Part shown: positions 48,088 through 60,800 of the stretch, piece by piece | How positions within the stretch are numbered: position 1 is the stretch's first letter | Layout: every line of letters starts with the position of its first letter | From: Azolla caroliniana | Lineage: Eukaryota > Plantae > Polypodiophyta | Direction of reading: 5' to 3' | Assembly: GCA_043228905.1 (NCBI GenBank) | Contig: JBHGNT010000010.1 | Location: forward strand, 6,758,001-6,822,000 | Length of the DNA stretch: 64,000 nt | Made by a program: the position numbers and the translations under genes | Notes under the pieces: generated by a model | Database searches by the model: none | What the model was told of the DNA's origin: nothing | What the model saw: only the letters and a program-made list of their open reading frames with translations

Positions 48088-51000
48088 ATGGCTCGTTCCT
48101 CCGTATCCGAGAGTGCTAAACTTCGCAAAATTTTGCGAGACAAAGGAGGACTTCCACAACACCTATGGTTTGTCACTCAAGGGTGTTGACCTTGCTGTCC
48201 TAAGTGATAAATTGATCAGTGATGTAGACTGGATGACAGTATATACAATGCCTAGAGTAAAAGGCAAGGTCAAGTTGAAGCATGTACGAGCCGACTTGTA
48301 CGATGACTGCATGAGGCTGCACTAGAAAGTTCATCAGGAGATCCCAGTCAACAATGAGTTGTCAGTTTCATTGCTAGAGCATTTGCATATGAGTACGGCA
48401 AAACAACGAAGGAATCCAGAGACCCTGAAATGTATAGGGTAGCTTGGGTAGTCTATGGTGAGGCATCGGTAAAAAGATGCCGAAAGATGGGGACCTTGGC
48501 ACAAAAAATAGATAGATTTTGGAGCATGGCAGTTGTTGATGCAACTGCCGACTCCCAGCAAAACCGGGGGCATACACCACACCGACACCCAAGGAAAGCC
48601 AATGTCGATGATACAGGTGAGACATTGGTTAGCTATATGCTAAAAAATGTCCATGAAGCCTGTGAGACATTGGCATTTTTTAAGACTTATTTAGAGAAAG
48701 CCACAATGGCTTCTGCAATGGAGAGCAAAGTTACTTCCGCTATTACAACGATTAGAAATAAGATTCAGGTAACAATTTTTTTGCTGGTATGTGATTCTGT
48801 TATAAATAACTTTAAGGGTAAAATGTGCTAATCAAGCATTATCTGGAATAGGTTGCGCAACAGGAGCTTGAATTAGAGGGGCCACTGGATCCCCAACGTA
48901 AAATACAACTGCAAATAGAGATCCAGGTTCTTTCAATGAACCTGAACCTTCTAGGTGTAAATACTGTTGCATATTACAATTTGGAAAAGCTTCAAGTAAG
49001 TTAACGATTCCTGAGCAAAGTTGGTGTATCTTTCTCAGACAGGAATAATTAATCGGTAAATTTCTCTGTTGCGTTGAAGGAACAATACATTCATCAAGAA
49101 CAGGTAGTTAGCTGCCTTAAGAAGTAGCTACATTTTGTGGAGGGAATGGTAAGGAGCAGACAGGATTTGGACCTGAACATTCTTGCTCCCTTACCAAATG
49201 AAGGAGAACCAGAAAATGATTTATTGACAGTTCAAGCACGTTGCATCGCTTGCGGGTTAGGTGTGGAGGACAAAATTGCGTCTTTGTTGATTCACCTACA
49301 ACCATGCAACCACACATACCATCTGCTTTGTTTTCAACATGCCTGTCGAATTGCTGCATTCTGTTTGGGAGATTGCAGTACAACTCTACCAAATGAGTGG
49401 AGAAAACTAACAGGTATACCATACTGTAGCTAATAAGCTTAGTCTTTTCTAATTAGCTAAGCCGTAAAAAGTATGGAAACTATTTTGCTGCTATCGTTGT
49501 AGCTAATTAGCTACTACCATAGTTGATTAAAGCAGCTAATAGCTATCCTATTAGCTAATTAGCTACTGCCATAGTTTACTACAGTAGTTAATTAGCTAAG
49601 TGGCAACTAGTTAGTTACTAGCTAATTAGCTATCCTACTGGCAGCTAATTAGCTACTGGCAGCTAGTTAACTACTAGCTAATTAGCTACTCATAGCTAAT
49701 TAGCTAGTACCATAGTTGTGTAAAGTAGTTAATTAGCTATCCTACTAGCTAATTAGCAACTGCAGCTAATGAGCTACTAGCTAATTAGCTATCCTAGTAG
49801 CTAATTAGCTATGGTACTAGCTAATTAGCTAGTGCCATAATTGTGTAAAAAAACTAATTAGCTATCCTACTAGCTAATTAGCTACTGCCATAGTTGTGTA
49901 AAGTAGCTAATAAGCTATCCTAGTAGCTAATTAGCTACTGGCAGCTAATTAGCTATCCTAGTAGCTAATAAGCTATCTTAGCTACTGCATAGTTGAGAAA
50001 GTAGCTAATTAGCTATCCTAGTAGCTAATTAGCTAATGCCATAGTTGTGTAAAGTAGCTAATAAGCTATCCTAGCTACTACATAGTTGAGAAAGTAGCTA
50101 ATTAGCTATCATTGTAGCTAATTAGCTATCCTACTAGCTAATTAGCTACTGCCATAGTTGTGTAAAGTAGCTAATTAGCTATCCTAGCTATTATCATGGT
50201 TGAGAAAAGTAGCTAATTAGCTATCCTAGTAGCTAATTAGCTATCCTAGCTACTACCATAGTTAGTAAAGTAGCTAATTAGCTATCCTAGCTACTACCAT
50301 AGTTGAGTAAAGTAGCTAATTAGCTACCGTAGTAGCTAATTAGCTATCCTAGCTACTACCATAGTTGAGTAAAGTAGCTAATTAGCTACCATAGTAGCTA
50401 ATTAGCTATCCTAGCTACTACCATAGTTGAGTAATGTAGCTAATTAGCTACCCTAACTACTACCATAGTTAGTAAAGTAGCTAATTAGCTATCCTAGCTA
50501 CTACTATAGTTAGTAAAGTAGCTAATTAGCTATCCTAGCTACTACCATAGTTGAGTAAAGTAGTTAATTAGCTACCGTAGTAGCTAATTAGCTATCCTAG
50601 CTACTACCATAGTTGAGTAAAGTAGCTAATTAGCTACTGTACTAGCTAATTAGCTATCCTAGCTTCTACCATAGTTTAGTACAGTACCTAATTAGCTATC
50701 CTAAATAGCTGCCATGTTATTGTAGAATCTTGTGGATTAAGGACGGCACATGATGTGTCTGGTGTTGATGACGTTGCAATAGATGAGAATACTGCTGCCA
50801 ACGTGGCTGAAAGTAAGAGTCCTGCTATCACATCTCCTTCAGATCAGCTCCACCCTATTCTTTCGGAACAATGTACTAAATTAGGCAATGATGTGAAATG
50901 CCATGAAATAGTGGAAACAACATGTAAAATTGAGGTTCACAACAACAGTGTTTATGAACACTTGATGCAACATTTCTTCAAATCTCAAGACCTTGATTCC

Positions 51001-51198
51001 ACCCCATCGAGCCCAACTACTGAAAACGTCCAAACAGATCCCTCTGTACTTGAAAAGCTAGTTCAAGAAACGGCTGATGTGCAATTAGTTGCTGAGGCGA
51101 TGGGAAGGTTGTCGGAGGAGGACACACTTGCACATTGGGTGAAAGAAGCAAGGCTAAATGGGCAACCGACCAGAAAAAGGTTGAAGAAGGGGCCATGA
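48088..51198 (+). pseudogene. Spliced cargo gene with RING-like zinc finger (disrupted)
   Basis: ATG at 48088; approximate exons 48088-48768, 48852-48995, 49080-49413 and 50728-51198 with GT-AG borders. Frameshifts and stops in exon 1. CIAC-x-PCNHTYHLLC-x-CLGDC RING pattern. Basic C-terminal RKRLKK. Confidence 0.55.
49430..50720. repeat. Palindromic TAGCTAATTAGCTA satellite (intronic)
   Basis: Dozens of copies in about 20-bp and 42-bp units, lying between a GT donor near 49414 and an AG acceptor near 50727. Confidence 0.92.
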
Positions 51199-51431
51199 TC
51201 GGGAACAAGACCAGTTACTCGGTCAAGGGGCCCAGACGTAGTGGAGCGAAATACTGTTTAGTTGGATATGATTGTTTGCTTAGGGATTTTGCTAGGGTTT
51301 TATGAAGTTTTACTATCCTGTTGGACAAGTAAAACCTCAGATTGGTTGTTGCTTGATCCACATTATGTAATGGAACTCTATGATATTTTTCCAAGATAAT
51401 TTGAAGAGTGTTGTTCTATGACTGAAACTCT

Positions 51432-52487
51432 TTGATGTTCAGGATGTTGTTTTGTGAGACTGTTAGTTACTTTGTGAGTGTGAATATGTTGGTGTTTTCT
51501 GATGTTGTAGAGTCTAAAGGGTTTGATTCTATTGCTCGTAAGGCCAATGGCAGTGTGGATACTGTTGATGTTGCGGCGTGTTTAAAGGGCCCCATCTTGA
51601 AAGTAGATGTAGCAACTGACACAAGTGATCTAGTCACACAAGTTGATCAAGCATGTTGCACGGATGACTTGGTGTTGTAGGTAGATGCATCATGTGATAC
51701 CAGTGGACTGATATCGAGTAGATCAGTAGCTACATGCACCGAGGTAATCCAAGGATTGATAACTAAGTCGACAAAACAAGAGCACCAGAATGTGAAGCCA
51801 GGCCCAACACAGTCGACTAGGGGTTTGAAGAGGAAAAGGACGCCAGTTGTGTCGGCCGAACCTGAGCTGATTGAGATTGATCGTGTCCTACCAGAAAATG
51901 GTGTAACAACAGCTCAGTTTCAGGAATGGAAACCTAAACCACTAGAAGTCTAAAGAAGAGCCTTGATCTTGGAGCTTGATAAAGTCTTGATGAGTGTGAG
52001 ATATATGCAGCCAAGGAGGGACGCGAATCAGTTTCTAGAGTGGGTTGTGCAATACTTTGATTTGTTTATTTGGAATGAAAAACCAAAATCAGATGTGTGG
52101 AAGTGTTTGGCAAGATTCTTCCCAAAATGGCGAAGTCGTTTTAAAGGTCAATGGGCACGAGAAAATTGTGAGCAAATGGAAGTTGCAAGATTCAAGAGAC
52201 TTTCGGATTTTTGGGCTACTTGGCCTGAATATAATGCCGACAACACATTGATTTTGGATACAGAACATTTTCGGTACTACTTCAATATTCGGAGATGCTG
52301 TCTCATTCTACCCGAGGAAATGCCTGAACAGTACCTGGTGCAAATAGTGAGCTGCCAACTAGGTGCATGGTTGTGGACTCCATACCGAGCTCGATATGCG
52401 GATAATATATGTAGACTCGTTCCACTGACTAGCAAGAGCTTAACTGTTTATAGGAGATTTGTAGACATTTCCAATGGTAATTTATAA
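51432..52487 (+). pseudogene. Cargo ORF with FCP1/NIF-like (HAD) domain, two premature stops
   Basis: ORFs 51432-51680, 51756-51953 and 51963-52487 share one frame (stops TAG 51678, TAA 51951). LILELDKVL..PRRDANQFLEW...FDLFIW...WARENC...FKRLSDFW...YNADNTLILD resembles plant FCP1-homology proteins. NLS-like LKRKR. Confidence 0.55.
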
Positions 52488-52910
52488 ATATGTAAAGAGA
52501 TGACATTATTCAATGAAGAATTTAATTACTTGTTCCCACTATACTTATCTACTGTGTAATTTGAGGAATATGTTGCAGATTGTTGATTTCATGCTATTGA
52601 TGACTATTTAGCTATTGACAGCTAATTAGCTGCATTTGTACAGCTAATTAGCTATTGATGACTATTTCGCTATAACTTATAACTTAAAACTTAACAAAAA
52701 AGACATGATTTTATTGAGAAAGAAGCACAGAAAGTAGACTGTATACAAGAAATTGATTCTCAAACGAATTTATTTAACTGTTTTCGCGAAATACATGTTT
52801 GTTTTACAAGAGAACATGGTAATTGCTACTTGTAGCTACAAATTCCATGGCATACTATTGTAAATACATTCATACACATTAGCACCAACAGTGTATAAAC
52901 CTGAGCAACT

Positions 52911-53564
52911 ATTGTATTCTGAAATTGGGACGTTGATGCACCTGACCAAATGAGAGTACATGTATGCCACTGGTTTGTCTACTAACAGCCTGTACACATA
53001 TTCGTAGTCATCTAGTTTTGCATAAAAAATACCTTCGATGTAGAATGTCCCGGCAGATAAAAAATTTCCCCATGCATCTACAATATTCTACCTTGCACAC
53101 TGTTTACTAACCGTGCACTTCAATATATAGAAATCAACACCCTCTGAATTTCCTTCTTCAACATTTACAACGAAGTTATCCCCAACGTTCAGGACATCAC
53201 TCAAAGTATCTCCAAGTCCCTGATATGTGAAGTCAGCATTGTATTCTGAAATTGGGACGTTGATGCACCTGACCAAATGAGAGTACATGTATGCCATTGG
53301 TTTGTCTACTAACAGCCTGTACACATATTCGTAGTCATCTAGTTTTGCATAAAAAATGCCTTCGATGTAGAATGTCCCGGCAGATACAAAATTTCCCCAT
53401 GCATTTACAATATTCTGCCTTGCACACTGTTTACTAACCGTGCACTTCAATATATAGAAATCAACACCCTCTGAATTGCCTTCTTCAGCATTTACAGCGA
53501 ACTTATCCCCAACGTTCAGGACATCACTCAAAGTATCTCCAAGTCCCTGATATGTGAAGTCAGC
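52911..53564. repeat. 327-bp (109-codon) in-frame tandem duplication in the transposase C-terminus
   Basis: Units at 52911-53237 and 53238-53564; NADFTYQGLGDTLSDVLNVGD...CTVSKQCAR is repeated. Confidence 0.9.
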
Positions 53565-54896
53565 ATTCTGCCCTATTTCTCTATCAACTGCTTCCTTATC
53601 ATTCAGAGTGTGATACTCCCAATTCTGAATGTATGCTTTGTTTAGACAATATCTCCAATTTCCCTGCACACAATGGAAGCAAAAACAAGTCAATTCTCTA
53701 ACCGCAATACAATGACCATCCAACCTGGAATAACCGCGAACAACATGCAGAGATCGCAATTCGGGAATTCCTTGGCACTCCTAGGTCTTCTCCCTATTTA
53801 CTTCATCTATCTTCACTTCCCAAAATTCACGTTTGATATCTCGGACTTGCGAGGAATAAACACCTGTTGCACTCGTTGACATATTTGTTCTTAAAAATTC
53901 AACTACATGTGAGGCACAATTCATGTGCACACCATCTGTCTTTAGTTGTTCATGGGTAAGTGCCCGCTTTATAACAACCCCTGCACCATCATGTTCACCT
54001 TTACCATGGCCAGACCTAAAAAAATTCCATCTCCTCTCCAAACCTGTTATAGTAGGATACCTCCCCACAAAATATAATGGACGTCAAGCCTTGAATTGTG
54101 ACGCAGCTCCGTCAGACCAGACCCAATGTTGAGTAAGCTCCAAACGTTGAGCTAATAACCACTGCTAATGTAACTTAAAACAATGTTGGACGAACAAGGT
54201 ATCATGCTTCTTATCATCAAAAATAAAGAAATGAATTACTTTTTTAACATCACCTGAAACTCGAAAATATGTTATGTGCACAAAAATGGTTACCTGAACT
54301 GAACACCAATGCATAGATTAAATTTCATTCTGCTGCTTGAAAGTATAATTCTCTGCGAAATCTACTACTGAGACTACTACATCATTTGGGAAATCAGATA
54401 TGCAAGTCTTAAACTGATGGGCCTGCCATGAATAAATGAAGTTGTGTTTAATGAACTTTCCTAGAGATACTACAAACAGAGACACCAAATCCCTTGGTTT
54501 AAGCATCTTCCAAACTAGATCCTTTCTTTTACACACCTTTCCTTCAAAATTGGTGTTCACTGACTCAAATAAATTCACAGAGATCAATATTTCACTACTC
54601 AATTAATTTGGACACCACCTAAATCTAGTAGGGCCACAATCTTGACATAAACCCATGACACATTTATGAATATGGAAGATAGCGTCAGTTTCTCTCGGAC
54701 ACAATATTGAATCTAATAAATAACTCATGGAAGAGATAACGTGGTCAGATGATTTACACTCCTCTTGTGGGCTTGATCGACAGATTGGGCACCCACATGT
54801 GCAAACTGTATTAGTTAGGGATGCGCTATGGTGACGTAGTAGATTAACAGAGTCCTTCAGAAAACCCATCTGTACATGGTAAATGCAACAACATGT

Positions 54897-57800
54897 TGTG
54901 AAAGTGTTTTTAGAATCTAAGCCATTGAACATTAGGAGAATATAAAGTATAGATAATTCACCTTTTGAGGATAAGAACACGAACTAAAGACCTTAGGGAA
55001 GAAGTCAAAAGTAAAAGTACGAGACCAAGAGAAAAGTAAAAAGAGAAAACGCAGACTATAAAAAACAGTAAAAATAGAATGGTCATAACTCCCTCGTTGT
55101 TTATCCAAATATCACGTTTAAATATGGATTAGAAAGCTTGTAAAAAGAGCTTTCTATAGCTTTTTAAATCTCTTAATTTGGATATCGGATGAGGGAGATA
55201 TGACGATTAGAAGGTTGATGTGTCATAGCTAAAAATAGGGAGATAAAAAGCTTCTAAAAATAGCATGAACGTGGATAAGAAGAGGAAGGTTATAAAAGAA
55301 GAAGTAATATTAGTGAGAAGGGGCGAAGAGTGAAGGCGAAAGAGTGGATGAGGAGTGTTAGGAAGAAGTGTCTTTGTGGAAGAGGAAGTGTCTTAGAAGA
55401 GGAAGGTCTTTGGTTTTAGTTCAATGTGGAGTTTGTCTCCTTTGTATTCTCTTGATGTTGGAATATCAGAACATTCTTATTTCTTGCTCGCTTTCTCTAT
55501 CTTTTTTCTTAGTTTCTTGAGTTATACTCTCCAATCATAATTACCTAGAGCTATATAATATATTATGATTTTCAACTCCATCTAATCAGTTTGGTCAAGC
55601 CCTCATATAGTGTATAACTATCTATTATCTTATACACCCTATCATTTTTGGCGCTCCAGGGAGGGCGGATCCTTTCCGTATAGGAGGGAGAACTTACCAT
55701 TTAATTGTGTTACTATATTACATTAACTTAGCTATGCAGTTTGCATTTTCAGGTGAAAGAACACAAGATGCGGGTGCCTTTTTGGCATCTTTTGAGCATC
55801 ATGCTGTCTCTATTGGACGCATCACCGACAATGAGAAGTTACCTTTATTAGTAGCTACATTCTATGGTCGAGCTCGAGATTGGTATGACTCTCTTCCTCC
55901 AAACCAACAGGGAGCATATCAATTGTTGGTGCACCAGTTTCGTGCCAAATATATTCAACGACGAAGTGCAACCGAAGTAAGGGAAGAGCTATTTCGACTA
56001 AAGATGGAATCACCAATTGGTTTCACTGAGTATGAAAGAAATTTCAAGGATTTGTGGACTACATGGATTAGTCTTCGTGGCGGCACTGAAGACGAGTGGT
56101 TTAAAATGGAACGATTCAAGATGGGTCTTGATATGTATTTCCGTTTGGAAGCAAACTTGAAGGATCCCACATCGTTTCAAGCTCTTATCCAAGTTTGTCA
56201 AGCTTATGATCGACAAGTGAAGATGATGAGCTCCTTGGGGGATCCCCAAATGACGGCTTTGGGTGCAAATTTGATGCCTCGTGCCAACTTTCAAGCCTCA
56301 TCTTCAATTGTGCATGGGGGACAAGTGTTTCCAAATGTGTATACCACCACAACAATAAACCCAACAAGTATATCCCAAGAAGTTGAACAAGTGAGGAGTG
56401 AACAAGATACCATGGCATTGGTAAATCGGCGCTTTGATGAAGTGATGACCCACTTGCAACAATCCCAAGCAATTCACAACACTATTCCCGATGGTGGTGG
56501 CTCTAGAGGGCATCACGGTGTAATTTGTTATTCTTGTCAAGAGGAGGGACACATTTCAACAAGATGTCCTCATCGACAACAAAGAGGCATGGGAAGAGGC
56601 ATTTATCAAGTGCAAAGGAATGGACAACGACCTAACAACAATGAAGTCGAAGGAAACGTAACACTCCCTATGGCTCAGGTTCCTACAATTCCTCATAATG
56701 TGAATCTTCTTAATTTTATTGATGATAGTGATAATTCTTTTGAAGTAGCTCCTGTGAAAAGGACAAGGTCCTCGCAAAAGGAGAAAGAAGTTGAAGGAGA
56801 ATCTAGTGCCTCAAGACAAAAGAAGAAGTCTAAGGAGAATGAGAAAGAGGAAAAATTGAGAAGGAGACACTCTAGAAGAAAGATCAAGATGGAGGACATT
56901 CCTATGGGTGAAGGTGTAGAAGCTTTCAATTTGAAGCATGAGTTGATTTCAAGTGGACCAAGGATAACATGGCCGCAACTTCTCCAATTATCGCCCACAT
57001 TACGAAAGGAGTGGGGGCGACTTGCAAGTATTCGCCAAAGTCGGAAGACTGTGCATTATGTGGGAATCGTGCGAGTAGAAGATCGAAAGGACATACGACC
57101 CACCATCCCCGTCTCCATCAAAGGGTTTCACATCAAAGATGCGTTGGTTGATAGTGGTGCTAGAGTAAGCTTGATTTCTGAATTTGTGGTAAACAAAGTG
57201 GGAATTCCTATAAGTAGGTCATCTTCGGCAAGAGTGGCTGTAGCCGATGGTGGAGTGGTCCATTGCATTGGCATAGTGGAGGATGTTGTCATCAAGTGTT
57301 TTGGGGTAAGCATTTCCATGGATTTTCATGTAATACCACTAAAAGGACCGTCATATTCTTTGGTACTAGGACGACCATGGATGCAAGAACTCAATGTTGT
57401 CCAAGATTGGAGCAAAGGTTTGATGACCATAACGCCATCAAAAGGAGTGAGCATACATTATGATATGCGGCAACAAAGACTTATTGAGAAAGAAGAAGAT
57501 GGAATAACTGAATATGATAGTGGGTCCGCATATGAAAGTGATGAAAGTGAAGATTCCTCGTCAGAATGGGAAATGACCACATCATATGCCGTTTTGAAGG
57601 AAGAAGATGATGAAGGAAGTTTAATTACTATGGAGCAAAAAGAGAAGATGATTTCTAAAGATCTTAAAGGGCAAGAGAGGCAACAATTTATTAATTTGAT
57701 TTCTGAATTTCCTAACCTTTTCATTAGTGATTATGCTCATATTAGGGGTGTAGATGTCATCCAACATCACATAAATCTAAAGGAGGGTACAACTCCCGTT

Positions 57801-60800
57801 GCGCAAAAGTTGCGAAGGCTAGGTCACGTGCAAAAGGAGGCCTTATTAAAGGAAGTCAAAGCTTTGTTGCGTGCACAATTCATTTACCCAGTGGAAGATT
57901 CGGAATGGGTTTCGCCCATTGTGGTGGTACCTAAAAAGAATGGAAAATGGAGGGTTTGTGTTGATTACAAACCTCTAAATGCGGCTACCAAGAGGGATCA
58001 CTTTCCTCTCCCTTTCCAAGATGAAATATTAGATGAAATTGCGGGTCATGAAATGTACTCTGTTTGTGATGGCTATTTAGGTTATTTTCAAATTCGTATT
58101 GCGGAAGAGGATCAAAAGAAGACGACATTCATCACTCCATGGGGATGCTTTGCATATCGATGCATGCCCTTTGGACTCACAAATGCTGTTTTTACATTTA
58201 ATCGTCTTGCTATTCATGTATTCCAACCATTCTTTGGAAAGTTTGTTAGAGTCTTTATGGATGACTTTGCAATTTATAGTAGCAGGAAAGACCATTTGGA
58301 AAAGGTTCGCTTGGCATTCAAAAGATTGGAGGAATGCAAAATGCAACTCAACCCAGAGAAGTGTCACATAGGTGAAAAGGAGGTGGTGATGCTTGGTCAT
58401 GTGATGTCTCAAGAAGGAATCAAAGTTGATAGCTCAAAGATTGAAGCAATTCAAAAGATGACAACACCCACGAGTATCAAAGATTTGGAGGTATTTGTTC
58501 AAAAAGTTCGTTACTTTGAACGATTCATTCATATGTTGGCCCAAATTCTCTATCCTTTTCGCATTATTCTTCGCACCAACAACTTCTTGTGGACATCTAC
58601 AACTGAAGAGCAATATGTAAGAATAAAAGAACTATTATGTAATGCTCCTATTCTAAAGCCACCTGATAGAACATCTACCTTCTTTCTTTCTCTTAGTGTT
58701 GGATCTCATGCTATAGGAGCCATTCTTATGCAACAAGATTCTGAAAATAGGCTTATGCATCCTATATATTTTATTAGTAAAGCCATGTCTGATGTAGAGA
58801 AAGAATTCTTAGAAGTAGAAAAGTGGATGTTAGCTCTTATATATGCTTGTAAAAAGTTTAGAAGCTTTCTACTACCTCATCATTTTGTAATAATCACTAG
58901 CATGTCATTACTCCCATATGTACTCCAACATGTGAGCATTTCAGCACGAATTGCTAAATGGGCTCTACTATTGGCGGAGTTTGATTTTGAAGTCAAATTG
59001 GAATCAACTATGCGTGCCGAATTGGCGGATCTTCTCACCTTTAGAGAAACCTTTCATGAAGAAGACTTGGTAAAGCTACGAAAGGCACTTCCCGAGCCGG
59101 ATATGGAGGATGCATTCACCTTATTCTTTGATGGGGCATTTCGCAAAGCCACAAACATAGCCGTGGGTGGGATTATTCTCAAGGATCCTCAAGGAGACAG
59201 AGTAAAAAGTGAAGGTATTACATTAAGTGGTGTGAATTCAAATAATGAAGCGGAGTATGCTACCTTGTGTTATGGTCTTCGTCTATGTAAAGCTATGAAG
59301 ATAAAAAGATTAATTCTTAAGGGTGATTCCTTATTGGTAATTAAACAAATTCAAGGCAATTGGAAATGTCAAAGTGATGGGCTTAGAAATTTTTATAAAG
59401 AAGCAATGAGTCTACTAAGGTCTTTTGAAAAGATACAGGTTAAGCATGTGGGGAGATTATACAATAAAGAAGCGGATGCATTAGCTCAAGCCCAATTAGA
59501 TAAGATCAAGGAAGGTTTCGTTGGTGTTTTGGAGACGTGCAAAGATGTAGACTCCCTAGAGGAAGTACATAATTTTCTTAATAAAGGAGAGTTTCCAAAT
59601 AACCTCAATGCTTTGCAAAGAAAGCGTTTGGTGGCAAAGGCTTCACAATATCATTTGGTGGGTGAAGATTTGTACAACAAAGGGAAAGATGGAGTTTTAC
59701 GAAGAGTTCCTAACAAAAGCGAGATTATAAAGATACTCTTTAAGTTGCATGAAGAAGTTTGTGGTGGGCATTTAGCCCATGATATAATGATAAGAAAGAT
59801 TTTACTAATTGGTTTTACATGGCCTACTATCCATAGGGATGTGCATGATTGGTGTAGATCTTGTGATGCATGTCAAAAAGCGGGAATAAGACATCTACAA
59901 AGTGGACCTTTACAACCCATTGTGGTGTTTGCTCCATTCGAGAAATGGGGAATTGATGCAGTAGGACCTCTTCCGAAAACTCAACATGGTAAAGAGTTTA
60001 TTTTGGTGGCCATTGACTACATGACAAAGTGGGTGGAAGCTATAGCAACTTCCTCGATTAAAGCCAAAGATGTAGCCCAATTTGTGTATAAGAATATTTG
60101 TACTAGATTTGGAGTTCCCATGGAGATTGTATCCGATCATGGACCCGGTTTTAGGAGTGAAATGTTAGCTTGTCTATTAAGCAAGTTGAAGATTAAGCAT
60201 CGATATTCAACGCCTTATTATCCTCAAGCAAATGGTGCAGTTGAGAAAGTGAATGGGCTTATAGTGAAGAATTTGACAAAGTTAGTGCAAGACAAAGTAA
60301 GAACATGGGATAGGTATTTGGATGATACTCTTTGGGCTTATAGAGTTTCTTATAAATCCTCCACAGGTTTTACTCCTTTTTATTTGGTTTATGGAAAAGA
60401 AGCGTTACTTCCGATCGAACTTGAGATCAAAAGTAATAGACTAATGGAGGCATCGCATCGCTCAAAAGGAAATGATGTGATGAGTCGTTTAGCGAGCAAC
60501 CATCTACTACAATATTCAAGAGAAGAAGCTGTGGAGCATTACTTAAATCAAGCAATGAAGAGAAAGGAGGCATATGACAAAAAACACAAGGGCAACCACA
60601 TTGAAGAAGGATCATTGGTTCTTAGGTATGATAATAGATATGATTATATTCAAGGACAAAAGCTTGATAATAAGTGGGAAGGACCCTTTGTGGTTCACAA
60701 AAAGTATGACAACGAAAGTTACCAATTGAAAGATGTGGATGGAGCACTTCATTCTTATCGAGTGAACGGATGGCGCCTTAAAAAGTATGTAACTCGGGGA

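Noticed and set aside
51678-54320. In-frame stops at apparent CAA/CAG/CGA codons as U-to-C editing sites
   Set aside because: Reverse editing is known from organelles, not nuclear TEs. Methylation-driven C>T decay explains the stops more simply.
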